Numbered from the stretch's first letter, positions 19,860-29,699 are shown. The stretch: 64,000 nt of DNA from Candidatus Melainabacteria bacterium 17Bon1m (GCA_032128875.1 JAVLKG010000003.1:920974-984973); one strand, 5' to 3'. Notes: a model not told the origin generated them from the letters alone. Translations and numbers: made by a program.

Positions 19860-20471
19860 CTAGTCGTGCTTCAGGTGATGCTTCAAATAAATGCCGAACA
19901 AAACCAAGCCGACGACAACAATTGCAACGTCGAATTTGTGCCAGAGGTCGACGAATACTTCCATGTTTTTGCCGAACTCGATGCCTACCCAGGTCAGGAA
20001 GTAGCACCAGATCAGAGATCCAATGAATGTCGAGCCGACGAACATCCAGAAGTGTGCCTTGAGCACGCCGGCTGGAAACGAGATGAAGGTTCGCACTACA
20101 GGCAGCATTCGGCAAACGAAGAAAGTGATGTCGCCGTATTTGTTGACCCACTTATCAGCTAATTCCATGTCCTTTTCTCTCAGCAGGAAATACTTGCCGT
20201 ATTTCTGAAGAAAGGGACGTCCGCCATAAAGACCAAGAAAGTAGGACGGAATTGAGCCAAGAACGCAGCCCACTGCGCCAGCAAGAGCGGCCAGGTGAAT
20301 GTCCATCTTGCCTTCGTTAACGAGAATTCCGGCGGTGGGCATGATTGCTTCACTGGGAAGTGGAATGTTAGCGGATTCGATTGCCATCATGACGACGACG
20401 CCGAGGTAGCTCCAGTTTGCTACTTGATCTCTTATCATCTGCAAGATTGGGTCGATTATTTGGTGAAGCAC
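19860..20471 (-). CDS. DedA family membrane protein
   Basis: IESANIPLPSE, YGGRP, RMLPVVRTFISFPAG. Confidence 0.93.
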   Translation of the reverse strand: MLHQIIDPILQMIRDQVANWSYLGVVVMMAIESANIPLPSEAIMPTAGILVNEGKMDIHLAALAGAVGCVLGSIPSYFLGLYGGRPFLQKYGKYFLLREKDMELADKWVNKYGDITFFVCRMLPVVRTFISFPAGVLKAHFWMFVGSTFIGSLIWCYFLTWVGIEFGKNMEVFVDLWHKFDVAIVVVGLVLFGIYLKHHLKHD

Positions 20472-20711
20472 AGGACGTCCTCGGAAGCTGATAAATATAA
20501 CCAGGCGATTTTACTCGGAGGGCTCCTGGCAAACATTCCAGCCGCCTAATGCTGATGCTTTCTGCATCCTTGCTTGCCTGGCAAAAGCATCTGAAGCCTG
20601 TCTCTTTGCTGTTTGTTGTCGTTTGATTTGCTATACGTCGCACATAAATAGTTTAGAATTCTCTTACCGACGAAATAGAGTTAGATTTTCGCTGGACTTT
20701 AGTTGGGTCTG

Positions 20712-22718
20712 ATGTCAACGCCTGATCTGAAGAGTAAAACGAACACCTTGTTTTTCACCGTGTCGACTGCCGGACACGTGGACCATGGCAAGACGAGTCT
20801 TTTGCGCGGGCTGACAGGTACAGATCCTGATCGCCTGAAAGAAGAAAAGGCTAGGCAGATGACGACTGACCTGGGCTTTGCTCATTTGCGATTGCCGGCT
20901 GCAACAGTTCGCAAGAGCAGACCGAAGGTTGATACCGACATTGTCGTTAGCTTTGTAGATGTGCCGGGGCACGGCAAGTTTTTGAAGAACATGCTGGCTG
21001 GGGTCGGCGGCTTGGATATGGCACTGCTGGTGGTGGCGGCCGACGAAGGTCCTATGCCACAGACTGAGCAGCATGCGAAGATTCTCAGCGCGCTTGGAAT
21101 TTCCAGAGTCTTGCTTGTTATCACGAAATGCGACATGGCTAGTTCATCGCAATTGAGCGATGCGATTTTGCGTTCGAAAGAACTTTTGCAACGCGTAGAT
21201 CTAACTCTTGTCGATGTGGCTGAGGTTTCGAACGTCACCAAAGACGGCTTTCCAGAGATGACAGAAAAGCTCGTAAACGCGCTTGTAGACGCCGGAGAGC
21301 GAGAAAGTGCACGGCTTAACGCGCCGCCATTTTTGCCAATCGATCGTGTTTTTTCCATTCAAGGATATGGCGTTGTTGTGACTGGAACGCTTGTTAAAGG
21401 TTCGATCGCAGCAGGAGATAATTTGCTGATTGAGCCCGGTAACATCAAGGCCAGAGTACGCGGCTTGGAAACTTTCAACACGTCAGTCGCCAATGCCACC
21501 GCCGGACAACGTCTGGCTATCAACTTCTCGCTTAAGGAAGGCAAAGCACTTTCTCGCGGACAGGTGGTCGTTGGTGAACAATGCGCGCCCACTAGTATTT
21601 TGATTGTCGAACTAGGTCAACCCGGTGTGAAACTGGAAGACAATTTTCAGCAGCACGTGCTTGGACAGCCGGCCAGAATTTATCACGGAACTGCTGAATG
21701 CCAGGGTGCCGTGCGATGGATGGAAGACCTGCCTGTACAGCCGAACGGCAAGAAATCTTTTATTGCCCAGATTACTCTTTTTGATCCTTTGATTGCCGAA
21801 CCTGGGGATCGATTTGTTTTGCGTTATGGCGATGATGGTTTAGCTGGTGGCAGCATTTTGGTTACCTCTCGCCCACGCTGGATTACTCGTGAACGTTTGG
21901 TTGCACTTGCAAAACTATTAGCAGGTGGCTTAAGAAACGAAGCTGCCCTCGAATTCCTAAAAGCTAATCCCCAAGGGCTTTTGCCTGATTCTGCGTTTGG
22001 CTGTTTGCTGCCACCGCTGGTCTTGCCCGTTGTTATTTCTGATTTGATTGCGTCGGAAAAACTTACGCGACTTGCGAATTTTGTTTTGTCTCCTCACACT
22101 CGTCAAACTCTATTTGCTCGTTTGGTTGCTGAGGTAGAAAATGCAGCAAAGACATCTGCTTCTGACGCATCTGTGGATGTGAAAAACTCGCAAGAGGCGC
22201 TGCGTAACAAGGTTCTGGCTGGTCTTGATAGAACTGCATTTCAAGAACTTGTAAAGGAAGCAATTGAGAAAAAACTTGTCATTCGACAGTCGGAAAAATT
22301 ACTGCCGGCGAAAGCAGAGCTTTTACAGGCACCTGATGATGTTCTTGAACTTGCTGAGAAAACGATTGCGATTCTCAAGCAGCATGTTTGCTTAGAACTT
22401 GATGAACTGGCGAAGCAGACTGGAAGCGACAAACGGAAGGTGCAGGTAGCAATGCAGTACCTCTCTAAAATGGGACAAGCAAGCATTGTTGCCCACGACT
22501 TTGCAAGCAGCACAGAAAGTCTCGATGCTGCCCACAAGCAATTGTCGAGGATTTTCCGTGCGAAAAAGGACATTGCGCCCGGCGATTTCCGTGAATCTGT
22601 TGGAACTTCACGCAAGTATGCAATGGCACTATTAGCCTATTTCGATGATCGCGCCATCACTCGCAGAGTTCAAAACGGGCGCGTTTTACTCAAGTACCCC
22701 AAAGACGAAATCACATAG
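20712..22718 (+). CDS. selB: Selenocysteine-specific elongation factor
   Basis: TAGHVDHGKT, DRLKEEKARQMTTDLGF, DVPGH, PIDRVF; C-terminal winged helix TSRKYAMALL. Confidence 0.95.
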   Translation: MSTPDLKSKTNTLFFTVSTAGHVDHGKTSLLRGLTGTDPDRLKEEKARQMTTDLGFAHLRLPAATVRKSRPKVDTDIVVSFVDVPGHGKFLKNMLAGVGGLDMALLVVAADEGPMPQTEQHAKILSALGISRVLLVITKCDMASSSQLSDAILRSKELLQRVDLTLVDVAEVSNVTKDGFPEMTEKLVNALVDAGERESARLNAPPFLPIDRVFSIQGYGVVVTGTLVKGSIAAGDNLLIEPGNIKARVRGLETFNTSVANATAGQRLAINFSLKEGKALSRGQVVVGEQCAPTSILIVELGQPGVKLEDNFQQHVLGQPARIYHGTAECQGAVRWMEDLPVQPNGKKSFIAQITLFDPLIAEPGDRFVLRYGDDGLAGGSILVTSRPRWITRERLVALAKLLAGGLRNEAALEFLKANPQGLLPDSAFGCLLPPLVLPVVISDLIASEKLTRLANFVLSPHTRQTLFARLVAEVENAAKTSASDASVDVKNSQEALRNKVLAGLDRTAFQELVKEAIEKKLVIRQSEKLLPAKAELLQAPDDVLELAEKTIAILKQHVCLELDELAKQTGSDKRKVQVAMQYLSKMGQASIVAHDFASSTESLDAAHKQLSRIFRAKKDIAPGDFRESVGTSRKYAMALLAYFDDRAITRRVQNGRVLLKYPKDEIT

Positions 22719-22740
22719 GGTCGACGCCATGCGTCGAACC
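22715..22740. repeat. REP-like palindrome
   Basis: ATAGGG-TCGACGC-CAT-GCGTCGA-ACC at the selB stop; degenerate relative at 18763-18786. Confidence 0.5.
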
Positions 22741-22745
22741 GTTTT

Positions 22746-23192
22746 TCACTTGATCACTGATTCCAAAACGGCGCGATCTACCCAACCACGAACGACGAGA
22801 ATTTCGCCCAGGCGCTCGCCTGAATGCCTCTGTTCGAGCAATGCGAGCCACAACTGATTAATCGTTATATAACCCAGGGCAAGCAACTTGTCGCCGAGTT
22901 TACTGCGCAGAGTTGGCAAACATTCTTTCAATTGTTCGTAAGTTAACCAGCCTTTTAACAGGCAGACTTCTCCCAGGAGAAGACCAGTTTCCCTTTGTAG
23001 CTTTAACGCTTCTTCTAGTTGATCATCCTTCAGAAAACCGCCCTCGATCAGCCTTTGACCGATCAGACTGGCGTTCCACTTCGCGTTTCCTTTCGAACTG
23101 GGCTTTGAACGTTCCTTAGAGTTTTCCTTGGAAGTTTCTTTCGAGCTGTCCTTCGCGCTGTCTTTCGATTTTTCTTTAGCAGTCATTTTCAA
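22746..23192 (-). CDS. Stand-alone MshEN-type (c-di-GMP-binding) repeat protein
   Basis: Four (R/K/L)(L/I)GxxL...G...L motifs: IGQRLIEGGFL, LLGEVCLLKGWL, KLGDKLLALGYI, RLGEILVVRGWV; K/S/E-rich N-terminal tail. Confidence 0.75.
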   Translation of the reverse strand: MKMTAKEKSKDSAKDSSKETSKENSKERSKPSSKGNAKWNASLIGQRLIEGGFLKDDQLEEALKLQRETGLLLGEVCLLKGWLTYEQLKECLPTLRSKLGDKLLALGYITINQLWLALLEQRHSGERLGEILVVRGWVDRAVLESVIK

Positions 23193-25703
23193 CTAGTCGT
23201 CTAAGGACAGGACGATGTGGTCTCCGGATACTCCCAGGCGGTTGCCGTCTTTATCGACCGCCCATGCACGAAGTTCATATATACCCAGTGCACTGAAATC
23301 CTTTCTTTCGAGGGTAATACTGCCAGTGGTGCCGGCGCTTTTAATTTCTCTCAGTGTAACCAGACACTTCTCTTGGTCGTTCTGGCTTGCGAAAAGCAGG
23401 TTGGCTCTAGTTAGTTCGAAGACAACTCCGGCTGCACCAGGAATGCCGCTGGCGTCGTAATTTACGGTGTCTTTTGGTTTATTACTTCCAAGGTGCAAAT
23501 AGCCTTTCGTGCCCATGAAGCCGGATTTTTCAAATGCGATCGAAGGCATCACCGATTTGGTTGGGACTGTCTCGATGGATATAATCTTCACTTCCCCGTG
23601 CAGCGGTAGGTACAGCTCAAACTCGCTAGACGTTCCACCTAATGCCCATTCCGGCGCACTGCGCAATGAGAACAGAAGCTTTTGAGGCTCGTTTGATTGT
23701 ATGAGATTCGCGTGAGCCCGATGGAAGAGATTGAACTCTCTATTGATATCGTTTTTGTACAGCAGATCCAAACCTTTGTTATCCGCTGGGACGGACGGCG
23801 CGATTACAGTAACTGCAATAAAATCGGTCGTGAAGCAAGGCAAGGTCAGCCCGATCTTGAGCGCAGGGCGCCTACCTTTGGGTGCGTCAGTCGTGACGGA
23901 GAAGGCACCTTTGTCGTCAAAGGATGAGGTCTTTATTCCATAGTTGTCGGCTACTTTTACCAGCTGTTTCAGGTCATCGCCTTGGAATTTCACCGGCGCC
24001 TGGTCGGTTTCTACAAGCTGTTTCTCAATTCCCGTGGACGATTCACCAGATTCTTTAGGGATAGATATGGCGACGAATTTCTTGTTTTCGAGATCCCATC
24101 GATAGATCTTGACCTTATCACCGGCATTTCGCAGTGAATTCTTTATATAGCCAAAGGGCATGATTGGCTCGAAGCGGTCGACCAGAATGTTGTGTTCGAC
24201 ATCGCGGTGGAGCTGCGGTGCCTTAGTCATGCCGTAGAGAGCGTTGCGGCAAACATAGGAGCCATGTATTTGATCCGGAAGTCCCAGGAAGAGAACCTGC
24301 GGGTCGCCTTGGATTTCAGTTTTATACAGCGCGTCGAGCTGACTTCTAATCGCGTTCGATTGCTCCCCGGCCGCAATCCAGGCTTGATTGTTCGTCCAGA
24401 GCATTGCCGCAGCAGCAGTGACAAACAGTGCTCCCCAAACAATTCTCAGCCTGTTCGCCGCGCGCAGCCACGTTATCGGATTGCCCACCATGCGCACGGT
24501 CGTGAAGCCGAATGCCATGAGCAAACTTAGTGGAACAGTCGCAAGATAGGCGAGTCGGCTGCCTTGCAAGTCGTCAGAGATGGCAAAGATTTTGTAGACG
24601 GGTATCAGGGCCAAGGCGAGCCAGACCGTGGTGAAAATAAACGTTGGGAGCATTCGCCTTAGAGTTGCGAAGTTCGCCAATGCGGAAATGGCGATAAAAC
24701 CGAGAGAGACTTGCCAGAAAATGAGAAGAGCGTTTTTTGTGTCAAAGAAGTCTTTGTTGGCAGGAATAAGCAGCATCTTCAGGGCATGGAGCCATCCATA
24801 GACGAACTCTTTCATGTTGGAGATAAAGAAAAGCGAGTCGTCGTATCCGCCGACAAAAGTTCCGAGCGCAATCAAACGAACCACAAAATAAAGTGCGATA
24901 ACCACAGCGAAAGGAATGATCGCTTTGATGGCATTGATTGCTCCGGGAACCAAATTCTTGAGGTTGCCGCCTTTCTCCGACCAGAGAAGAACCTCATAAG
25001 CAGCCATTGTTGCAGGTAAGGTAATTGCCATTTCCTTGGAGAGCAGCCCAAGGATAAACGAAACAATCGAGCCGCCACACCAGAGAATGGACTTGCCGTC
25101 GCGCCACTGCATGTAACACCAAAACGACAGAACAATGAAGGTGGTGACGACACTATCTACTCGACCTGTGATCCACGAAACCGCCTCAGGATGCAGCGGA
25201 TACAGCCCGAATATAATTGAGGAGAAGAATGCAAAGGAAATTGCACTTCCTCTTATCGCTCGCGTCTGGCTATTCGAATCAGCGCTGAATATTCTTCCTA
25301 GTCGCAAAGAGACAAAGAAAAGAACAACCGTTGATGTGAGGTGGAAAAGTAGATTGGTAACGTGATAACCAAGCCCGTTCAGCCCATACGCCATGTAATC
25401 TGTGACCATAAAGATCGAGATCAATGGGCGGTAGAATTTGGTTGTTGTTCCGTCTAACCAGGACGAATAGAAGTTTTTCCAAATCAGCGTGGGATAGCCC
25501 ATGGCTTGCTTGAGCCATGTGAGGTGCACGAAGTCGTCGCCGCAGAAGAAATTGAACAAGACCGGCAAATAGCATAAGAACGTCGCCAGTGCGATGATAA
25601 AAACCAGAATTGGGACGGCGTTCTTCTGCACCAATGTCGGGCTGGCCGGGTGACCTGGCTGCTGTGCTTCGCTATCGTTTCTAGTTTGATCTAGCACATT
25701 CAC
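23193..25703 (-). CDS. GT-C fold membrane glycosyltransferase (PMT/TMTC-like) with large C-terminal soluble domain
   Basis: GDDF, YRPL, YHVTNLLFH, PLHPEAVSWITGR, SKE motifs; many TM segments. Confidence 0.85.
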   Translation of the reverse strand: MNVLDQTRNDSEAQQPGHPASPTLVQKNAVPILVFIIALATFLCYLPVLFNFFCGDDFVHLTWLKQAMGYPTLIWKNFYSSWLDGTTTKFYRPLISIFMVTDYMAYGLNGLGYHVTNLLFHLTSTVVLFFVSLRLGRIFSADSNSQTRAIRGSAISFAFFSSIIFGLYPLHPEAVSWITGRVDSVVTTFIVLSFWCYMQWRDGKSILWCGGSIVSFILGLLSKEMAITLPATMAAYEVLLWSEKGGNLKNLVPGAINAIKAIIPFAVVIALYFVVRLIALGTFVGGYDDSLFFISNMKEFVYGWLHALKMLLIPANKDFFDTKNALLIFWQVSLGFIAISALANFATLRRMLPTFIFTTVWLALALIPVYKIFAISDDLQGSRLAYLATVPLSLLMAFGFTTVRMVGNPITWLRAANRLRIVWGALFVTAAAAMLWTNNQAWIAAGEQSNAIRSQLDALYKTEIQGDPQVLFLGLPDQIHGSYVCRNALYGMTKAPQLHRDVEHNILVDRFEPIMPFGYIKNSLRNAGDKVKIYRWDLENKKFVAISIPKESGESSTGIEKQLVETDQAPVKFQGDDLKQLVKVADNYGIKTSSFDDKGAFSVTTDAPKGRRPALKIGLTLPCFTTDFIAVTVIAPSVPADNKGLDLLYKNDINREFNLFHRAHANLIQSNEPQKLLFSLRSAPEWALGGTSSEFELYLPLHGEVKIISIETVPTKSVMPSIAFEKSGFMGTKGYLHLGSNKPKDTVNYDASGIPGAAGVVFELTRANLLFASQNDQEKCLVTLREIKSAGTTGSITLERKDFSALGIYELRAWAVDKDGNRLGVSGDHIVLSLDD

Positions 25704-25778
25704 GGTTTCAAATTAGCGCTTTGCTGTACTGTTCGATGCCGCGCCGTTGCGTCTCGTAGTGATTCTGTAAGTTTGGCT

Positions 25779-26561
25779 CTAGCCCTTATTTTCCATTGCC
25801 ACATCGTATGCAGGGCGGTCTTCAATGTGGCAGCGAACCTCTTCACGCCCTTTGATTACTTTCGCAGGCATACCGGCGACAACCATGCCTGGCGGTACAT
25901 CGTGGGTCACCACAGAGGCGCCTGCAACAACGCTCTTGGACCCGATGCGAACTCGCGGAAGTATAAGTACCTTGGCGCCAATGATGACACCTTTCTCAAG
26001 GTACGGACCTTCGCGCCCTTTCTGGCATGGCGGATGCATGCTGTCGACAGTGCAAGACATCGGATAGAAGTGCACGTCGTCTTCGCAGGTGGTGAATGTT
26101 GCTATGAACACATTATTGTGGAAACGGCAGTTGTTGCCGACGGTCATTTGACCATCGGATTGCGCCATTGTCCCGAACGAGCACATATCTCCGAAAATGC
26201 TCTTCTCGCGGATTACTGCCCGGTGACCGGTTTGAAAACCTTTGCCGATTTTGCAATCTGCATAAATGATTGTTCCCGAGCGGATTGTCGCGTTTTCACC
26301 AATCAGCAGAGATGGGTTTTTGTACGACGGGTCGCTCAAATATCCCGACAATCTTTCGCCTAGAATGCACTGCGAACCAACATATGAATTGGCACCCAGT
26401 TTTACGTTTTCATAGACAATCGCACCCGGCTCGATGATGCAGTTGTCGCCGATAGTGGCGCCTGCGTAAATCAGTGCTTCCTCGTGAATGCGGGTATTTG
26501 CACCAATCTTCGCATCTTTGCTGATGTGTTGGCTTCCGGTCGGACTGGTTTTTGTGCTCAT
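25779..26561 (-). CDS. Hexapeptide-repeat (LbH) acyltransferase, sugar N-acetyltransferase-like
   Basis: IGxxxx repeats; IGAKVLILP...VVAGMPAK. Confidence 0.88.
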   Translation of the reverse strand: MSTKTSPTGSQHISKDAKIGANTRIHEEALIYAGATIGDNCIIEPGAIVYENVKLGANSYVGSQCILGERLSGYLSDPSYKNPSLLIGENATIRSGTIIYADCKIGKGFQTGHRAVIREKSIFGDMCSFGTMAQSDGQMTVGNNCRFHNNVFIATFTTCEDDVHFYPMSCTVDSMHPPCQKGREGPYLEKGVIIGAKVLILPRVRIGSKSVVAGASVVTHDVPPGMVVAGMPAKVIKGREEVRCHIEDRPAYDVAMENKG

Positions 26562-26607
26562 CGTTTTGCCGCAGGCTCCATTGCAGCGGCGAGGCTAAGC
26601 CTGCCGC

Positions 26608-27804
26608 TTATATGATGACCGGAGGCGTCGGAGCCACAACATGCGGCACCGCAACTTCACTGGTCATGATCTCGGTAATTGCTTGTCCGACTGCTTGAAT
26701 CTCCTGATCCTTGAGTTCGGGGAACATCGGCAGTGAGAGAACTTCACTAGCCAATCTTTCGGTGATCGGGAAATCGCCTTGCTTGTATCCGTAGCCTTGG
26801 AAGGCTTGTTGCAAGTGCAGCGGCACAGGGTAATAACACATAGAACCAATACCGCGTTGAGCCAGTCCATCGATCACCTGTTGGCGCATGGTGGCGCCAG
26901 TGGTGCCGAAGTTTGTTTCGAGAACGCGAATTGTATACTGGTGCCAGACGTGTCTGTAATCTGATTTGACTGCCGGATTGGGCAGGATGATGTTTGGCAC
27001 GTTTTTCAGAACTTCAAAGTACTTGCCTGCGATGGCGCGACGTTTTTCAGTCCAGTCATCGAGGTGTCGCAGCTTGGTGAGCAAAACTGCGGCTTGGATT
27101 TCGTCGAGACGGCTGTTGACACCTAGCTCTTCGTGGAAATAGCGTTGTTTTGAACCATGTGCTCTCAAGCAGCGCAAGCGCTCGGCCAGTTCATCACTGT
27201 CAGTGACGATCATGCCGGCATCGCCGCAAGCGCCCAGGTTCTTCGTCGGATAGAAGCTGATGCAGGCTGCATCGCCAAGGCATCCGGTGGGCTTACCTTT
27301 ATATGTTGCGCCAATTGCTTGAGCGTTGTCTTCAACGATCTTCAATGCATAACGGTCGGCGATTTCCTTGATCGGATCCATGTCCGAAGCCTGTCCGTAT
27401 AAGTGAACAGGAATGATCGCTTTGGCTTTAGGCGTAATTACTTTCTCGATTGCTTTTGGATCGATATTGAAAGTCTTTTCGTCCACATCGACAAACACCG
27501 GTTTTGCACCGTGCATGAGGATGGCTTCAATTGTGGCAGCGAAAGTAAATGGGGTGGTGATTACTTCATCACCGGGACCGATATCGAGCGCCCAGAGCGC
27601 CAGAATCAAGGCATCGGTTCCATTAGCTACGCCAATTCCATGTTTGACACCGCAAACTTTGGCGATTTGCTGCTCGAGGGTCTTATTCTTTTGACCCATG
27701 ATGTAATTGCCGCTGCGCAATACTTCTAAGACTGCGGCTTCCAGATCTGCGGCGATTTGAGGGTATTGCTCCTTGGCGGAGAAAATCGGGATATTGTTGC
27801 TCAT
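26608..27804 (-). CDS. DegT/DnrJ/EryC1/StrS nucleotide-sugar aminotransferase
   Basis: NGTDAL, PVHLYG, EDNAQA, SFYPTKNLG, NSRLDEIQAA. Confidence 0.95.
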   Translation of the reverse strand: MSNNIPIFSAKEQYPQIAADLEAAVLEVLRSGNYIMGQKNKTLEQQIAKVCGVKHGIGVANGTDALILALWALDIGPGDEVITTPFTFAATIEAILMHGAKPVFVDVDEKTFNIDPKAIEKVITPKAKAIIPVHLYGQASDMDPIKEIADRYALKIVEDNAQAIGATYKGKPTGCLGDAACISFYPTKNLGACGDAGMIVTDSDELAERLRCLRAHGSKQRYFHEELGVNSRLDEIQAAVLLTKLRHLDDWTEKRRAIAGKYFEVLKNVPNIILPNPAVKSDYRHVWHQYTIRVLETNFGTTGATMRQQVIDGLAQRGIGSMCYYPVPLHLQQAFQGYGYKQGDFPITERLASEVLSLPMFPELKDQEIQAVGQAITEIMTSEVAVPHVVAPTPPVII

Positions 27805-28021
27805 AACGAGTGTGCTTCCAGTCCTTTTTAACTCGGTCTGCCCGTGTTCGGAACTGGCACATACTATCCGGTCTGATCATGGCATCCAAGATGAAGTTGA
27901 TAAGAATGGACCATTAGACTGTCTGATATCGGTTTAATGTCTCAAAACACTAGCAGGCTGGATTTTGCGTCACTCGGTATCGAATATTAGAGTCTGTTAA
28001 ATCAAGTCCACAATCTTCTAC

Positions 28022-28051
28022 AAAAAAAGAAGGAGGACATTGTCCTCCTTC
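28022..28051 (-). terminator. Intrinsic terminator
   Basis: GAAGGAGGACA-T-TGTCCTCCTTC inverted repeat with T7 on the minus strand. Confidence 0.8.
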
Positions 28052-28078
28052 AATAATGTGTCCTGTTTAACAGGGCGA

Positions 28079-28408
28079 TTAACGTTTGCCTTTTCCTGCT
28101 ACCGCTACGGTGCGGGAAAGTGCGTTGGTTACGAACAGGTTGAGGCTGACGCCTTCTTTTTCTGCGCGGTCAACGAGAGCTTGGTGGAGCGACTTGGGCA
28201 GACGCACCGTGAACTTGCCGCTGAACTTCGTGTAGTCGGAATCCGAGCGAGCTGCTGCGGGACGAGTAGCCTTAGCTGCATGCTTCGCTACGTTCTTGCG
28301 GGCAACAACTTTGCGAGCTGCAACTTTCTTGTGTGCCGGTTTCGCTGCTTTGGCCTTCGGAGCGGCTTTAGCTTTGGATTTGGCAGACTTACTCTTGGAA
28401 CTGGCCAT
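28079..28408 (-). CDS. Lys/Ala-rich (histone H1-like) tail fused to a HicB-type ribbon-helix-helix domain
   Basis: FSGKFTVRLPKSLHQALVDRAEKEGVSLN; AAGGAG RBS; own terminator. Confidence 0.85.
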   Translation of the reverse strand: MASSKSKSAKSKAKAAPKAKAAKPAHKKVAARKVVARKNVAKHAAKATRPAAARSDSDYTKFSGKFTVRLPKSLHQALVDRAEKEGVSLNLFVTNALSRTVAVAGKGKR

Positions 28409-28540
28409 GATTCACTCCTTTTGCTTTGGGGATCTTTAGGCACTACTCGGGCAAAATTCCGATTGGTGCGCAAGGCAATTCGGCAAACCGAAATGCCCAG
28501 CCGGGCCGCCGAATATATGTCGGGCGACTCGCTAAGTTGG

Positions 28541-28571
28541 TATGCCACCTACCACCATTCTAGGTGGCATA
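28541..28571. promoter_or_regulatory. Perfect 11-bp inverted repeat, candidate operator
   Basis: TATGCCACCTA-N9-TAGGTGGCATA, about 130 bp upstream of the RHH gene. Confidence 0.5.
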
Positions 28572-28889
28572 TAGATTGTACCAAAGGGTGCTATATCTCT
28601 AACCGTCGATTGGATATATTCTTCGCCGGTGATACCAGGGGTGATTGCGCAAACTCCGCTCCACAGCTGGTGCGCACCACTTTTGATGGCTGATACCACG
28701 AAGTTAAAAAGTTACAGAGTATTACCGATGGTGCCTTTTTTGAGCGGGATAAAACCCCCGAGCGTCAAATAAAGCCCTGGTTTTCAGTCCTTGGTGCAAA
28801 GTGGTGGCAAACAACTTCGGCCGGCCTGCCAACGATTTTTGACCAAGCATTCAATTTTCAGCAGGCCTCCGCAGGTGGTTCTTCATGGT

Positions 28890-28994
28890 GGTGCTGAATT
28901 CGGTGCGCAATTGGCTCCGAATCCGGTGCTAATTCGGTGCTAAACCTGGCCGAATAGCAGTATCAAATCCGGCGCTGAATCTGGTGGCGAATTA
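28890..28994. repeat. About nine degenerate 11-12 bp tandem repeats (GGTGCTGAATTC-like)
   Basis: ggtgctgaattc, ggtgcgcaatt, ggtgctaattc, ggtgctaaacc, ggcgctgaatct, ggtggcgaatta. Confidence 0.6.
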
Positions 28995-29360
28995 GCCTTT
29001 GGGGAAAGGACGAAACATCCTGATCGTGGAGCGCCAGAGGGGACGAAGAGGTCGGCCCTGTTTCTCTTTCAGCACTTGTCTGTTCTGGCTCAACGGGTAT
29101 CGGTCGGGGTGCCTGGGACTTGTCTGCAAACTCTTGCCGCCCTAATCATTGTCAGCTTGTCTGTCTTGTCAGGAATATTTGCGCCCAAAAGACTTCCAAA
29201 TGACGACTGGAATTGCCGTACGCATGTCTGGTATTCGGGACTTCCAAACTGGTTCCGACGCTGCAAAACCAATACGCGTACGCAGATGCCATGGTCCGAA
29301 ACGATAACAGGCGCACTATCTTCGTCGTCCTATGTGGAGCGGGTCGATGCCACCGGCGGT

Positions 29361-29475
29361 GGGGTGACACCAGGGGCGGAGTGGTATCGGGGGTGGGGTT
29401 GATACCGGCCGTGGGGTTGATACCGGCCGCGGGGTTGATACCAGCTGCGGAACTGATACCAGGGGCGGGGTGACA
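29361..29475. repeat. G-rich 17-18 bp tandem repeats (GGGGTTGATACCGGCCGY)
   Basis: Units at 29395, 29413, 29431 and 29449 with degenerate flanking copies. Confidence 0.8.
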
Positions 29476-29699
29476 TGAACTACTCGTCGGCCATCGATTT
29501 CCATGCCAAATCCTATGAGCAAAACCTCACTCAGATTCGAAAGTGATAGTCGAAATAGTCGAATAGCTCTGTTTCAGACCGGTCGGTCTGCTCTACTGGA
29601 AGACCAGTAGGCTCAATCATTCGGGTGGTAGCCAAGGGAGGATTGGGTTTCCATTCTTTCGGCAGTGTATGATCCACCGGAAAGAATCTCTGGTGCTAT

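Noticed and set aside
28079-28408. Complete HicAB toxin-antitoxin module
   Set aside because: No hicA ORF nearby and the HicB toxin-binding domain is missing
28447-28490. GGGCAAA...GCGCAAGGC resembling a c-di-GMP-I riboswitch
   Set aside because: Antisense to the adjacent gene and lacks the P2 tetraloop stem
29007-29026. AGGACGAAAC...CTGATCG hammerhead-like words
   Set aside because: No CUGANGA core in the right arrangement; explained by a simple hairpin
29361-29475. Repeat array as a CRISPR
   Set aside because: Units are contiguous with no unique spacers, and there are no cas genes
29076-29522. Short ORFs across the G-rich repeat
   Set aside because: Several frames are open on both strands because of the repeat; no RBS or domain support
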